Translations under genes and position numbers: made by a program
Notes under the pieces: generated by a model
Database searches by the model: none
What the model saw: only the letters and a program-made list of their open reading frames with translations
What the model was told of the DNA's origin: nothing
Assembly (NCBI GenBank): GCA_964567465.1
Contig: CAZMMT010000001.1
Span: forward strand, 27,794-91,793
Direction of reading: 5' to 3'
DNA from: an uncultured Candidatus Izemoplasmatales bacterium
GTDB lineage: Bacteria > Bacillota_I > Bacilli_A > Izemoplasmatales > Hujiaoplasmataceae
Length of the DNA stretch: 64,000 nt
Shown: positions 63,207 through 64,000 of the stretch, one piece after another
Layout: each line of letters opens with the position of its first letter
Numbering within the stretch: position 1 is the stretch's first letter

Positions 63207-64000
63207 ATGGAAGAATATAGATTACATAAAAATATACTTTGCATAGATTTAAAAAGTTTCTATGCATCAGTAGAATGCGCTGTTTCTGGCCTAGATCCCT
63301 TCAAAACGCCTTTGGTAGTTGCGGACAAATCCAGAGGGGGAGGATCGATAGTTTTAGCGGTTACACCATATCTAAAAACCCTAGGAGTACCGAATCGTTG
63401 CCGAGTTTACGAACTACCAAAAAACATCGATATAATTTATCGAAAACCAAGGATGGAAAGATATTTAGAGTATTCTACAAAAATTATTGAAATTTATTTA
63501 CAATTTGTTTCTGAAGATGATCTATATGTTTATTCAGTAGATGAGGTTTTTTTAGATGTTACAGAATATTTACAATATTATAAGAAAACCGATTATGAAT
63601 TAGCAAAAACAATAATGGAAGAAATCTATAAACAAACAAAGATTTACTCTACTTGTGGCGTTGGACCGAATATGCTGATTGCTAAATTAGCATTAGATAT
63701 CGAAAGTAAACATTCTCCAGACTTTATCGCTAAATGGGACTATGATGATTTGCCAAATAAATTATGGCCGATAAAACCCTTATCCAAAATGTGGGGAATC
63801 GGACATAATACAGAGAGAAATCTCAATGCTTTAGGAATTGAAAAAATTGAAGATTTAGCTAATTATGACGTTAAAAAACTTAAGAAAAAGTTTGGCGTAA
63901 TCGGCGAAGAATTATATTATCATTCTCACGGAATCGATATGAGTTTGATTCAAGAAAAATTAAGATTAAAACCCGCTAGTAAAAGTTACGGCATAGGTCA
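63207..64000 (+). CDS. Y-family DNA polymerase (UmuC/DinB/ImpB family), N-terminal part; the gene continues beyond the window end
   Basis: Absent from the ORF track because there is no stop within the window. The RBS AAGGAGGGA precedes an ATG at 63207. Translation gives MEEYRLHKNILCIDLKSFYASVECAVSGLDPFKTPLVVADKSRGGGSIVLAVTPYLK...SVDEVFLDVT...CGVGPNMLIAKLA, which carries the catalytic motifs of Y-family polymerases. Confidence 0.85.
   Translation, partial: MEEYRLHKNILCIDLKSFYASVECAVSGLDPFKTPLVVADKSRGGGSIVLAVTPYLKTLGVPNRCRVYELPKNIDIIYRKPRMERYLEYSTKIIEIYLQFVSEDDLYVYSVDEVFLDVTEYLQYYKKTDYELAKTIMEEIYKQTKIYSTCGVGPNMLIAKLALDIESKHSPDFIAKWDYDDLPNKLWPIKPLSKMWGIGHNTERNLNALGIEKIEDLANYDVKKLKKKFGVIGEELYYHSHGIDMSLIQEKLRLKPASKSYGIG

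Noticed and set aside
63239-63490. 83-aa plus-strand ORF (MHRFKKFLCISRMRCF...) from the ORF track
   Set aside because: It is out of frame within the Y-family polymerase gene, which starts at 63207 with a strong RBS and carries the canonical catalytic motifs. The 83-aa ORF starts at a TTG with no RBS.

Overview
This is an AT-rich segment (roughly 30% G+C by eye) of a low-GC Firmicutes or Mollicutes-like chromosome, possibly Acholeplasma- or Erysipelotrichia-like; the taxon cannot be settled from the sequence alone. TGA acts as a stop codon, so the standard bacterial code applies. The window spans the replication origin, with rpmH, a DnaA-box cluster, dnaA and dnaN at about 45.2-48.3 kb. Gene orientation flips there: genes are mostly on the minus strand to the left and mostly on the plus strand to the right. 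About 70 tightly packed genes, often translationally coupled, are almost all housekeeping. They include pcrA-ligA-uvrA, hprK-lgt, whiA, acpS, sodA, pncAB, glnS, tsaEBD-rimI, pgi, ispDF, cdaA, hflX, dusB, hslO, glyA, rsmA, rnmV, pth, jag, yidC, rnpA, purA, purB, folD and a complete shikimate operon. I saw no rRNA, tRNA, CRISPR array, transposase or recognisable defence genes. Promoters recur as extended -10 elements, TG(A/T)TATAAT. Three genes missing from the ORF track were recovered by eye: rpmH, a Tex fragment at the left edge and a Y-family DNA polymerase fragment at the right edge. Most of the window is ordinary core genome. The best candidate for something undescribed is a promoter-to-terminator operon at 27.7-23.0 kb on the minus strand. 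It couples two uncharacterised membrane proteins to ispD-ispF. One has a degenerate CrtI-like domain, an SCP2-like domain and a polytopic membrane tail. The other has transmembrane helices, a PAS domain and a degenerate GGDEF domain. Secondary points are:
- an Lgt enzyme carrying its own lipobox and an extracellular repeat domain
- a GtrA, GT2 and YfhO glycosylation operon
- an FAD protein of unknown function coupled to purA and aspC
- a head-on shikimate operon containing an aroE-aroK fusion
- an AT-rich spacer with an orphan terminator, followed by a Y-family polymerase with a G+C-rich patch, at the right edge
All functional calls rest on motif recognition by eye, not database searches.
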